A stretch of DNA of 64,000 bases, from positions 1 through 64,000 of the forward strand of contig JAYTOU010000064.1 of assembly GCA_043747615.1 (NCBI GenBank), in the 5' to 3' direction. Shown here piece after piece: positions 38,741-47,684 of this stretch. The stretch comes from Myxococcales bacterium. GTDB taxonomy: Bacteria > Myxococcota_A > Polyangia > Polyangiales > Polyangiaceae. Within the stretch, counting starts at the first letter, position 1, and each line of letters begins with the position of its first letter. Position numbers and translations under genes: made by a program. The notes under the pieces were generated by a model. The model worked only from the letters and a program-made list of their open reading frames with translations. It was not told the DNA's origin and did no database searches.

Positions 38741-39583
38741 TCAGAAGCTCGGTTTTCGAGTGGCGTTGAGGATTTTTTCAATGTCATCGAAGCCGGTCGA
38801 GGGACCCTCCCCAATTTGGCGCGCCAGGGGGAGCTGCGCGAGCCCCGAGGCAACGAAGAGGGGGACGGCCTCCGGAACGCGCGCTTCGAGGATGGCGAGG
38901 TGCTTGGCGATAGCCACGGGATCTCCGCGCCGAACCGGTCCGGTCAGCGCTTGGGGAAATCCGAGCGCGCTCACGTTGTCGGCGACGCTGCGGAGGAGCG
39001 GTCCGAGCATGAGCGGCGCGGTGGCCTCGTCGACTCCAGCCTGCGCGAGGATCTTTGCTCCGAGCGCAGCGAGGGCCGCGGCTCCGTTGGCGACGAGACC
39101 GGCGGCCGCGTGGTAACCGATCGGGTCGAGCTTGGGAAAGGTGCGCGGTGTCATTCCAAGGCTTGAAACAAGCTGTTTCGCGCGTTTGACGGCGGCGTCG
39201 TCTCCCTTGACGTGAACGTGCCCTCCCTCGAGCCGCGGCGGATGCGCGTGGGACGCAAAGGAGATCATCGGGTGCATCTGCGCGACGCCGGCGCACACGG
39301 CGCGCAACGGGGCAAGCGCCTCGGCATCGAGGGCGCCGGCAACGTGGACACACGCTGTGGCCCTTCCGACGAGTCCCTTTTTTGCAAGCTCCGTCGCAAG
39401 CGGAAGGATGTCCCGATCGCGCACGGCGATGATCAGGAGATCCGCGTCGATCGGCTTCTTCGGAAGCCCTTTTCGCGCCGCGCGGAGCTGCGCTTTTCCT
39501 CCGGCTTTGCGAATGGCCCGGGCGAGCGCGTCGCCGACTTTCCCCGCCCCCAGGATGAACGTCGTCGGAGGTCGCTTAGGCAT
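38741..39583 (-). CDS. Rossmann-like + DUF2520 oxidoreductase (PanG-like)
   Basis: GAGKVG, IAVRD, HVAGA, MHPMISF, YHAAA, LTGPVRRGD. Confidence 0.85.
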   Translation of the reverse strand: MPKRPPTTFILGAGKVGDALARAIRKAGGKAQLRAARKGLPKKPIDADLLIIAVRDRDILPLATELAKKGLVGRATACVHVAGALDAEALAPLRAVCAGVAQMHPMISFASHAHPPRLEGGHVHVKGDDAAVKRAKQLVSSLGMTPRTFPKLDPIGYHAAAGLVANGAAALAALGAKILAQAGVDEATAPLMLGPLLRSVADNVSALGFPQALTGPVRRGDPVAIAKHLAILEARVPEAVPLFVASGLAQLPLARQIGEGPSTGFDDIEKILNATRKPSF

Positions 39584-40130
39584 TCGCGTAGAGCTTGTGA
39601 CAGCGAACGTGGGCGAGCACGGCGCGCGGCAAAAGCTGCTCGAGCTCGTGCCAAGCTTCGGAGGCGATCTTCGAGCGCACCTCGGTGCTCGAGAGCGAAG
39701 GCAAAAGCGGCGGAGGAAAGCCCGGACCCTCGACGCCGACGCGCCCAAGCACGATGGGCGGCGCGAGCTTTTTGATCTCGTCGAAGCGGAACCACTTCGG
39801 AGATTCGAGGAGAAGGTCGGCACCCATCACCAGACGAAGCTTCCAGGAGGGGTTCTGTAGCTGCAGGTGCTCGAGCGTGCGCAGCGTCCGACTCTCGCCC
39901 CCGAGTGACTCTTCCACCCGCGAGACTTCCACGCGCGGAAGCCACCCCATCGCAAGCTCACTCATGATCACGCGCTCGTCGTACGGAGCGAGGCTCTTTG
40001 CAAAGGGATGCATGAACGTCGGGACGACGAGGAGGCGATCGACCTCGTGTGTAGCCAAGACCAGGCTTGCGGCGAGGACGTGCGAGATGTGCGGAGGGTT
40101 GAAGCTTCCGCCGAAGACGGCGACGATCAC
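39576..40130 (-). CDS. nadD: Nicotinate-nucleotide adenylyltransferase
   Basis: FGGSFNPPHISH, MGAD, LSSTEVR. Confidence 0.92.
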   Translation of the reverse strand: MIVAVFGGSFNPPHISHVLAASLVLATHEVDRLLVVPTFMHPFAKSLAPYDERVIMSELAMGWLPRVEVSRVEESLGGESRTLRTLEHLQLQNPSWKLRLVMGADLLLESPKWFRFDEIKKLAPPIVLGRVGVEGPGFPPPLLPSLSSTEVRSKIASEAWHELEQLLPRAVLAHVRCHKLYANA

Positions 40131-40747
40131 GCGCCCCCTTGCACGCGCAGCTTCGTCGGCTTTGGGAGAGCGAGGATCTCGGTCGCTCGCAAATTTCCTG
40201 AGACGTCGAAGAGCTTCGCGTGGATCTCCGCTTCGGAGTCGTCGAGCACGATGACGCCTCCGTTCGGGCCGAGCGGCCCGGGTGTGACGAACCAGCGGGC
40301 GCCGATCTTCTTGATGAGCGGGCCGTCGCTCTTTCCATAAATGAGAATGTTTGCGGCGAAGATGTCTTCTTCGTCGAGCAGCCCCTTGTCGAAAATCAGC
40401 ACCGCGACGCGATCACCCACCATCTCCATCGTTCGCAGGATGCGATGCGGAAGGCTCTCGAGTGAGCGCAGCCGCAGGCGGGTTCGCTCGGCGGTGACGA
40501 ACAGGTCGATCTCAGCAGGCGCCCCTTGCTTCGCTAGTTTTGCTGCTCTCCCCCACGCAGCGTCGTCGGTCGGATCGTTTCCCACGAGGCGCCTTGCCCA
40601 ATTCTCGACGGCGGCCTCCAGCGCTCCATCCGCACCGAGGTAGATCACCCGATTGACGGTCTGTCGCGTGAGGAGAAAGTCGGACGCCTGCTCGACGACG
40701 CTCGGGGTCGAAGCGTCCGGCAGTGGTCCGAGAAGCCCAAGTCGCAC
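40127..40747 (-). CDS. Hypothetical protein (possible degenerate metallophosphoesterase fold)
   Basis: RLGLL...VIYLGAD...LIYGKS...VTPG pattern; GTG start inferred; coupled to nadD. Confidence 0.6.
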   Translation of the reverse strand: MRLGLLGPLPDASTPSVVEQASDFLLTRQTVNRVIYLGADGALEAAVENWARRLVGNDPTDDAAWGRAAKLAKQGAPAEIDLFVTAERTRLRLRSLESLPHRILRTMEMVGDRVAVLIFDKGLLDEEDIFAANILIYGKSDGPLIKKIGARWFVTPGPLGPNGGVIVLDDSEAEIHAKLFDVSGNLRATEILALPKPTKLRVQGGA

Positions 40748-40847
40748 GGCTCCGAGTGTCACGAGCGGCGAGGGTATTGTCAAACCACTCCCTCCCGAAC
40801 GGAGACAACAAGGGAGTAGACTCTGATTCTCGGAGAAAAATGCCCTG

Positions 40848-42116
40848 ATGTCTGGACGTATCGCTCCTCCCCTCGACCCCGTCACAGTCACGTTCGACGG
40901 CGAAAAAATCATCGCCGCCCGCGGCGAGCCACTTGCGTGCGCCCTGGTTGCCGCAAACAAAATCGTGCTCGCCCGCAGTCCGAAATTTCATCGCCCGCGT
41001 GGACCATCCTGCATGCGCTCGGCGTGCGACGGATGCCTCGCGCGGGTTGACGGCGCCCCGAACGTGATGACCTGCATGGTGCCCGCGCGCGAAGGGATGA
41101 TCGTCAAATCGCAGAACACGCTGGGATCACGCGACGTCGACTTTTTGCGGGTGACCGATTGGTTCTTTCCGGAAGGGCTCAATCATCACGAGCTCTTCGC
41201 CGGGGTTCCTGGGGTGCAGCAGGTGATGCAGATCTTTGCGCGCCGCGTGGCTGGCCTTGGGCGCCTGCCTGACAAGGCGAGCGAGCCTCGCCTGGCAAAG
41301 CGGCGCAAGCTCGACGTGCTGGTGATCGGCTCCGGAGCTTCGGGCATGGCCATCGCCTCGGAGCTCGCAATGACAGGACGAGACGTAGAGGTCATCGACG
41401 ATGCTCTCGCGCCTGGGGGCTCGCTGCGCGCGCTCGGTCTAGGCGGGCAAAAATGGCGCCCCGTGACCGATCCCTTTACCGCCCATGTCACGCGCGGAGG
41501 CGTGAAGCTCCAGATGTCGACCACGGCCGGAGGCCTCTACGGAGACGACGTTCTCGTCGTTGGGCCCGAGGGCGCGGAGGTGGTGACGGCGCGCGCAGTA
41601 ATCTTTGCGTCAGGCGCTCACGATGGAGCCTTGGCCTTCGAAGGAAATGATCTCCCGGGCGTGATGAGCGCGCGGGCCGGCGGATTTCTCCTCGCGCGCG
41701 GCGTCGTCGTCGGCACAAAAGTGGTCATCGCGATCGAAGAGGGCGGTGGTCCTTTCGGCGAGGCCTACGCCGCAGAAGCCGCGCGATCCGGCTTGAAATC
41801 CACGGTGACGCTCGTTCGCGGCGCACCAACGCGCGCCCGCGGGACCTCGCGGGTGAAGGGCGTCACGGTTGGCGAGGGCAAGAGCGCCAAGACGTTCGAC
41901 GCCGATGCGCTCCTCGTCGATGCTCCTCGTGCGCCTGCGTATGAGCTGTGCGAACAAGCCGGCGCGAAGCTCGTTCATCGTCCGTTTGGCTTCGTCGCGC
42001 AGACCGAGAACGGCCGCATTCGGCCCGGCTTTTGGGCGGTCGGCGAAGTGCTCGGCACTCCCCTCGAAGTCGACGCCGTCCTCGACGAAGCCCGCCGCGT
42101 CGCTGCCGCGCTCTAG
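40848..42116 (+). CDS. 2Fe-2S + FAD oxidoreductase (sarcosine oxidase / proline dehydrogenase alpha-subunit-like)
   Basis: SPKFHRPRG, CMRSACDGC...TC, DVLVIGSGASG, FEGNDLPGV. Confidence 0.82.
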   Translation: MSGRIAPPLDPVTVTFDGEKIIAARGEPLACALVAANKIVLARSPKFHRPRGPSCMRSACDGCLARVDGAPNVMTCMVPAREGMIVKSQNTLGSRDVDFLRVTDWFFPEGLNHHELFAGVPGVQQVMQIFARRVAGLGRLPDKASEPRLAKRRKLDVLVIGSGASGMAIASELAMTGRDVEVIDDALAPGGSLRALGLGGQKWRPVTDPFTAHVTRGGVKLQMSTTAGGLYGDDVLVVGPEGAEVVTARAVIFASGAHDGALAFEGNDLPGVMSARAGGFLLARGVVVGTKVVIAIEEGGGPFGEAYAAEAARSGLKSTVTLVRGAPTRARGTSRVKGVTVGEGKSAKTFDADALLVDAPRAPAYELCEQAGAKLVHRPFGFVAQTENGRIRPGFWAVGEVLGTPLEVDAVLDEARRVAAAL

Positions 42117-42119
42117 AAT

Positions 42120-42851
42120 CTAGTCGTCGACGAGAGCACCGAAGAGGGCGATTCCTCCGAGGATGCCGACCGCGTCGAACGTTCCCAGCAACATCAAGTA
42201 GTCACCGATTTCGGGAAAGCCGCCACCGAGAAATATTTCGCGGGTGGCTGCAACACCGCACACGAGCGTCGGTGAGAGAAGCGGAAAAAGCACGGTCGCG
42301 AGCACGAGATCGCGCGCCCGGGTACGCACGGTCATCGCGCCGAACAGGGTGCCCGTCGCCGCCACGCCGATGGTGCCGAGGACCAAGACCGCGGCGAGTG
42401 GTGCGGCTACGTCGGGGAGGTCGACGTGAAAGAGGAGCGCGACCACCGGCACCACGATGAGCTCGACGGCGGTCACGAACGCGAAGACGCCGATCGCTTT
42501 CCCGACGAAGAGAGAGGCCCGGGCAATGGGGGTGACGAGAATACCGAGCATCGCTCCGTCGTCACGCTCGCGCTGCCAGGTGCGTCCGAGCGCGAGGACG
42601 CTGGCGAAGGCCACTGACAGCCAGATCGCACCCGGGGCGATCCGGGTCGTCGTGGCGGCGCCCGTCGAGAAGGCAACCGAGGTCATGATGGCCACGAGAG
42701 AAGCAAAAAAGCCTGCGGTGGTCACGATCTCGCCGGTCCGCAACTCGATGCGGAGGTCTTTGGCCGCGATGGTCCACGCGTCGCGCACGTACCCACGGCC
42801 GCGCTTCGAGGCGGTAGGCAGAGAATTTCGTGCTTCCAACGCTGACGACAT
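42120..42851 (-). CDS. ccmB: Heme exporter protein B
   Basis: KDLRIELR, W...ERDDG, ~6 TM segments, LFPLLSP. Confidence 0.85.
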   Translation of the reverse strand: MSSALEARNSLPTASKRGRGYVRDAWTIAAKDLRIELRTGEIVTTAGFFASLVAIMTSVAFSTGAATTTRIAPGAIWLSVAFASVLALGRTWQRERDDGAMLGILVTPIARASLFVGKAIGVFAFVTAVELIVVPVVALLFHVDLPDVAAPLAAVLVLGTIGVAATGTLFGAMTVRTRARDLVLATVLFPLLSPTLVCGVAATREIFLGGGFPEIGDYLMLLGTFDAVGILGGIALFGALVDD

Positions 42852-42914
42852 CTTGACCCCGATCGCGGCCTCGGTAGGCTCGCCATACAGCGTACCCAAC
42901 GGAAGGCGACCGAA

Positions 42915-44024
42915 GTGAATTTGGTGTCGAAGGGTTCTCGTAAACCTCCAACGAAGCCGATCAAGGTCGCTGTACTCTACAACGTCGATTACGAGGACTC
43001 CTCGCCCGACGGGGATCCTGGCTATGCCGCTCGCGCCGATGTCGGCCTCGTCGCCCACGCGATCGCCGGGGAGCTCTCGGGCGATGGCAGGCACGAGGGA
43101 GTGCTCGTGCCAGTGGACGGAGATCTGGCCGCCCTTCGCGCGCGGATTGCCGAGATCGATCCGGACTGCGTGTTCAACTTGTGCGAGTCCCTTGCGGGCG
43201 ATGCGCGTCTCGAGAGCGCCGTCCCCCTCGTTCTCGAGCTCCTCGACATTCCCTTCACGGGATCGCCGCCCGAAGCCCTCAGCGATGCACTCTACAAGGA
43301 TCGCGTGAAGCGTCGGCTTGAGCTAGCAGGGATTCCTACCCCGGCCGGGCGGGTTCTCCGCAGCGCTGCAGATCCGTGCGATTTGCCTTTTCCGCTGATC
43401 GTGAAGCCGGTCCGCGAAGACGGCTCCGTCGGCATTACCGCGAAGAGCGTGGTGGGAACGCAAGCGGCGCTCAAGCAAACGGTGGACGAGCTGGTGAAGA
43501 CCTTCCGTCAGCCTTGCCTCGTCGAGCGCTACGTCGATGGGCGCGAGCTCAACGTCTCGCTGATCGGCTTCCCGGCGGCACGCGTTCTGCCTCTGTCGGA
43601 GATCGATTTTTCTGGCCTCCCTGCGGGCACTCCGCAAATCGTTTCCTACGACGCGAAGTGGCGGGCGGGCTCCGTCGAGGACGTGGGTACGCGTCCGGTC
43701 CTTCATCCCCAGCTGCCGCCCGGAGTGGCGGCCCGTGTACGAAAAGTCGCGGCGGATGCCTTCCGGGCCCTCGGTCTACGCGACTACGGTCGGGTGGACA
43801 TTCGACTCGCGTCGAGCGGGACGCCCTTCGTCGTGGACGTGAATCCGAACTGCGATCTGTCGCGCAACGCAGGTATGGCGCGCGCGGCCTCGGCGGTGGG
43901 AATGGACTACGCGACGCTGGTGAAGCTCATCGTGCGCTACGCGCTGCGCCGGCGGCGGACGGGGACAAAGGAGGTTCGTGTTGCTCACCCATATCGAGCA
44001 GGTACATCGCGCGGGCCTGGTTGA
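42915..44024 (+). CDS. D-Ala-D-Ala ligase-like ATP-grasp enzyme
   Basis: FNLCE, PFTGS, KPVREDGSVGI, ERYVDGRE, YDAKW, DYGRVDIR, DVNPN. Confidence 0.88.
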   Translation: MNLVSKGSRKPPTKPIKVAVLYNVDYEDSSPDGDPGYAARADVGLVAHAIAGELSGDGRHEGVLVPVDGDLAALRARIAEIDPDCVFNLCESLAGDARLESAVPLVLELLDIPFTGSPPEALSDALYKDRVKRRLELAGIPTPAGRVLRSAADPCDLPFPLIVKPVREDGSVGITAKSVVGTQAALKQTVDELVKTFRQPCLVERYVDGRELNVSLIGFPAARVLPLSEIDFSGLPAGTPQIVSYDAKWRAGSVEDVGTRPVLHPQLPPGVAARVRKVAADAFRALGLRDYGRVDIRLASSGTPFVVDVNPNCDLSRNAGMARAASAVGMDYATLVKLIVRYALRRRRTGTKEVRVAHPYRAGTSRGPG

Positions 44025-44445
44025 CCTTCTGTCGCGGACCGCGGAGTTCACGCCCGAGGAGACGGCCGTCGCCATCGAGCTGATCGACGATGCCCTCGCG
44101 AAGCGAGGAGATTACCGCTTTTACGTGGATGCTGAGGGCGCCCGCGTCCGCGGATACATCTGTTTCGGTCCGGCTCCGATGACGGAAGGCACGTTTGATT
44201 TGTATTGGATCTGCGTCGACTCTTCGTTGAAGAAGAACGGCATCGGTCGGGCGCTCGTTCGAAAAATGGAAGAGGAGCTCCGGGGCTCGCGAGGGCGCCT
44301 CGTGCGCGTGGAGACGGAAGGGACGCCGGGGTACGAAGCGACGCGCGCGTTCTACGTTGCCCTCGGCTATGAAGTCCTCGCCACCATCCGCGGTTTTTAC
44401 GCGGAGGGGCGAGATCTCGTTATTTTCGGTCGCTACCTCGTCTAG
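43978..44445 (+). CDS. GNAT family N-acetyltransferase
   Basis: GYICFG, DLYWICV, KNGIGRAL, RAFYVALGY; overlaps ATP-grasp 3' end. Confidence 0.88.
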   Translation: MLLTHIEQVHRAGLVDLLSRTAEFTPEETAVAIELIDDALAKRGDYRFYVDAEGARVRGYICFGPAPMTEGTFDLYWICVDSSLKKNGIGRALVRKMEEELRGSRGRLVRVETEGTPGYEATRAFYVALGYEVLATIRGFYAEGRDLVIFGRYLV

Positions 44446-44465
44446 GCGAACTTTCGCGGTGCAGG

Positions 44466-45251
44466 TCAGTTCTTGTCGCCGACGTGGTCGGCACGGTCAC
44501 GCAGCTTGGCCGCGGCGAGCGCGCGCTGGGCCGGCGTGAGGATCGGCGTGGCGACTTCCGCGAGATGGATCATCCGGCCCGCGTGATCGCGGCCTACCCT
44601 AGCGGGCGCGCCGTCCCCCGTGTGATCAGCGCGGAGGTCCTCGCGGATCTTCTGTTGCTGCGCCGGCGTGAGCTGAAGCTCCGCTCCCCACTTCGCCATG
44701 CGTCCGTCGTGATTGTGATGACCGTACTCTTTGCCTTCCTTGTCGTGACCCACGCCGTGCGGATGCTTCCCCTGAGTGGCACCGACGAGGGCGGCGCGCT
44801 GTGCGGGACCGAGGATCGTGTTGATGCGCTCGAGCGCGGTTCGATCGGCTGTTCGGGCGCTCGCCCAAGGAGCCTCCATGGCGTCGATCTGCGGCTTCAT
44901 GGCCGCGCGATCCACGTTGCCACTCTCTACTTCCGTGGCGAGCGTGAGGAGCATCGTCTTGCGCGGCGTAATGCTGTCCGCCTTCGCCTTCGCGTGCCGC
45001 GCGTCCGCATCCTTGAAGAGCTGCTCGATCTCCGTACGCTGGCTTGCGGTCAGCGATACTTCGCCGAGCGCTTCGCCCACCGCTCTCATCGGGCCGTGAC
45101 CTCTCGTGGTGATCGCAGCTTTGGCGACTGCTTGGCCCGCGTTGTCGGTGCTTGCATACGCGGCGCTCTCGACGCCGCCGCCGCATGCCATCGATGCGAT
45201 GGACATCAGGAGCGCACCGCAGATCGAATGAAGAGACGTGATTTTTTTCAT
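44466..45251 (-). CDS. Spy/CpxP-like (LTXXQ motif) lipoprotein
   Basis: Lipobox SMAC; LTASQ, LGPAQ, LTPAQQ, ILTPAQR motifs; His-rich linker. Confidence 0.75.
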   Translation of the reverse strand: MKKITSLHSICGALLMSIASMACGGGVESAAYASTDNAGQAVAKAAITTRGHGPMRAVGEALGEVSLTASQRTEIEQLFKDADARHAKAKADSITPRKTMLLTLATEVESGNVDRAAMKPQIDAMEAPWASARTADRTALERINTILGPAQRAALVGATQGKHPHGVGHDKEGKEYGHHNHDGRMAKWGAELQLTPAQQQKIREDLRADHTGDGAPARVGRDHAGRMIHLAEVATPILTPAQRALAAAKLRDRADHVGDKN

Positions 45252-45310
45252 GGTCGTTGACCTCCACTGAGTCTGACGCGCAGACCCCCTGAAACGCTCC
45301 CAAACCCAAG

Positions 45311-45325
45311 GTAAAGAAGCGTAAA
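45311..45325 (+). promoter_or_regulatory. CpxR/OmpR-type direct-repeat box
   Basis: GTAAA-GAAGC-GTAAA equals the GTAAA-N5-GTAAA consensus, 60 bp upstream of the Spy/CpxP-like gene. Confidence 0.55.
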
Positions 45326-45354
45326 TCCGGAGCGATTAAGTGTATTCTTGCGCG

Positions 45355-45831
45355 GTGCATCCCCACGCGAAGCTGATCGAGTCGTTCTATTCGGCCTTTC
45401 AAAAGCGGGACGGAGCCGCGATGGAGGCCTGCTACCACCCGGACATCCATTTCTCCGATCCGGTCTTTCCGGACCTTCGCGGCCCGCAGGCGGGAGGAAT
45501 GTGGCGAATGCTCACGTCGAACAAAGCTTCGGACGCATCCATCGAGTTCCGCGACGTCGAGGCGAACGACACGACCGGCAAGGCGCACTGGGACGCGCGC
45601 TACACGTGGCCCCAAACGGGGCGGAAGATCCTCAACGAGATCGACGCCACCTTCGAGTTCAAGGACGGGAAAATCATCCGCCACGACGACCACTTTGATC
45701 TGTGGAAGTGGACGCGTATGGCTCTCGGCCCGGTCGGCTACGCGCTTGGCTGGAGCCCCATCGTGCGAAACAAGGTACGCAAGCTTGCCGGTGGACGCCT
45801 CGATGCGTTCCTCGCTCTAGAACGCGCCTAA
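45355..45831 (+). CDS. NTF2/SnoaL-like protein
   Basis: FYSAF...MEACYHPD..FSDPVF, MWRML, FKDGKIIRHDDHFD. Confidence 0.85.
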   Translation: MHPHAKLIESFYSAFQKRDGAAMEACYHPDIHFSDPVFPDLRGPQAGGMWRMLTSNKASDASIEFRDVEANDTTGKAHWDARYTWPQTGRKILNEIDATFEFKDGKIIRHDDHFDLWKWTRMALGPVGYALGWSPIVRNKVRKLAGGRLDAFLALERA

Positions 45832-45837
45832 AGTCGG

Positions 45838-46344
45838 CTAGTAGCCTTTTTCTTTGAGGAACGTTTCGATGAACCTTGCCGCGGCGTTGTACGAATCTTT
45901 CATGTCGCGGAGAATCACTTCCTCGACCAGGCCGCCGATCATGAAGATCTTCACTTCGACCCTCACCTTGGCGATACGCGCGATGCGCTTGTCGCCGAGC
46001 TTCTCCGTGTAGAGCTCGCCCGTGGTCTTCGTCTTGTCGGCCATGGTGCTTGGAATGGCCGTGAAAACGTACTTCTGGGTGCTGCGGTCGTAGGTGCCTT
46101 CTTCGAGGTAACTCAGCTTGTCGCCCATGGCCTTCTTCACCGGCCCGGGGACATTTCCGATCGGCGGGTCGACGTAGACCTTGCGATGGATCTTCTTGCC
46201 GTCGTCTTCCTGCGTGCACTTCCAGCCCGGGAACTTCAGGTGCTCGAGATAGAGCCGTCGATTGAACTCATCATCGAAGGTGCATTTTTCCCAGAACGTT
46301 TTTTCGTCGCACTCGAACTCGTGGCGAATCGAAAAGTCAGCCAT
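45838..46344 (-). CDS. DUF2505-like (START/SRPBCC-fold) protein
   Basis: 168 aa; HEFECD..FW...VKIFMIGGLVEE pattern. Confidence 0.65.
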   Translation of the reverse strand: MADFSIRHEFECDEKTFWEKCTFDDEFNRRLYLEHLKFPGWKCTQEDDGKKIHRKVYVDPPIGNVPGPVKKAMGDKLSYLEEGTYDRSTQKYVFTAIPSTMADKTKTTGELYTEKLGDKRIARIAKVRVEVKIFMIGGLVEEVILRDMKDSYNAAARFIETFLKEKGY

Positions 46345-46352
46345 TTTCGCGC

Positions 46353-46979
46353 CTATTTTCCGGGGTTTCCAAAGATGAAAATACCGAGAGCGATGACCGT
46401 CGACCAGATGCCCTTGGGGTGACCCTCGGCGCTCTGCACGACGTTGCGTGTCTTCAAAATCGTCTTCTCCATCTTGAAGACCTGCTCACGCTCGTTCCAC
46501 GCCCGCTCGGGATCGAAATCAATTCCGAGCGTCGTTGCGAGCATCGTGGCCGCGAGATCTTCGGCGTACTCGCCCGCCTTTTTTGCCGTCTCGCCGTAGC
46601 TGTGGTGCTCCGACAGGTAGCCGTATTTTTCAGGGTCAGCCGGGCGCGCCAGACCGATCGATGCCGCGATGAGACGGTTCGGCTCGTTCGTATCTTGGCG
46701 CGCCATGACGCAATGAACGATCTGTCCGGGGCGAATGAGCTTCACCCCTTCCTTGCGGCTCATCTCTTTGCAGCGCGGAGGAAAAATCGAGCTCACGGTG
46801 ACGAGGTTTGCGATCTCCACGCCTGCGTCGCGCAGCGCGAGCTCGAACGACGAGAGGCGATCCTTGTGAACGCCGTGACCCGTCGTAAAAAAGATCCCGG
46901 TGGGCACGAACATATCGTGCATCTCGGGGAATCCGTTTGCCCCAACGGGAACCGGACGCTTCTCTTTCTTCTTTGCCAT
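46353..46979 (-). CDS. pdaD: Pyruvoyl-dependent arginine decarboxylase
   Basis: [21 protein letters not shown] self-cleavage motif, YGYLSEH. Confidence 0.9.
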   Translation of the reverse strand: MAKKKEKRPVPVGANGFPEMHDMFVPTGIFFTTGHGVHKDRLSSFELALRDAGVEIANLVTVSSIFPPRCKEMSRKEGVKLIRPGQIVHCVMARQDTNEPNRLIAASIGLARPADPEKYGYLSEHHSYGETAKKAGEYAEDLAATMLATTLGIDFDPERAWNEREQVFKMEKTILKTRNVVQSAEGHPKGIWSTVIALGIFIFGNPGK

Positions 46980-47010
46980 TCGAGCTCGCTCCTTCGCTGG
47001 CGATCGACGA

Positions 47011-47454
47011 TTACTTCTTCTTCTTGGCAGAGGGCTTGGCGGCAGCCTTTTTGGGCGCCACGGAAGCTTGCTTCACGGGAGCTGGCTTCTTGGGGGCTTT
47101 CACGCCCTTCGCAGCCTTCTCCACTGCACCATGGCGCTTGGCCGTCGACGAATAGAGGTCGAACAAGCGGGGAACGGGGAACTTGGAAAGGTGGGCACGG
47201 TAGCCGTCGTCCTTACTGCGCTTCTCCAGCTCGAGGATGGCGTCGATGAGCTTGACGCGCGTTCCGAACTTTTCTTTCACGGTGGTGAAGGTGTCGTGGA
47301 GGCGAAGGAGCTTGGCGTTCGAGACGTGCGCGAGACCTTTGTCTTTGTTGGTCTTGTTGACCCAAAGATCATCGGTTGCGAACTTCTCGACGGCGGAGAC
47401 GAGCTTCTTCTTGTCGCCAAACTTTTCTTTGAGGAGGGCGAGCGGGCTTTTCAT
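47011..47454 (-). CDS. Lysine-rich hypothetical protein with histone H1-like tail
   Basis: MKSPL...VSNAKLLRL core; C-terminal K/A/P-rich tail ending AKKKK. Confidence 0.75.
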   Translation of the reverse strand: MKSPLALLKEKFGDKKKLVSAVEKFATDDLWVNKTNKDKGLAHVSNAKLLRLHDTFTTVKEKFGTRVKLIDAILELEKRSKDDGYRAHLSKFPVPRLFDLYSSTAKRHGAVEKAAKGVKAPKKPAPVKQASVAPKKAAAKPSAKKKK

Positions 47455-47684
47455 GACGGATGCTTTCTTTGGCAAGGGTGCGCAAGATCACTTGCGCGGA
47501 AAAAGGGCCACGAGAACTATCAGGTCACGCGTGCATCTCGCAAGGGTAAGCTCGGGCGATGACTGGGCCTTTGCAGGCGGCTGGTCCGACGCGTCTTCGC
47601 CACCGCGGTTGCGCGCGATCCTCTCGCCGGTGCTTGCTTCGCGAACGTGCAATCGCTGGTAAGCCCTGGTAATCGTGACGCGAC

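Noticed and set aside
9475..43094. Long N-terminal extensions in ORF-track calls (e.g. starts at 10650, 21302, 30382, 39823, 43094)
   Set aside because: They overlap neighbouring genes; internal starts fit family N-termini and RBS positions better
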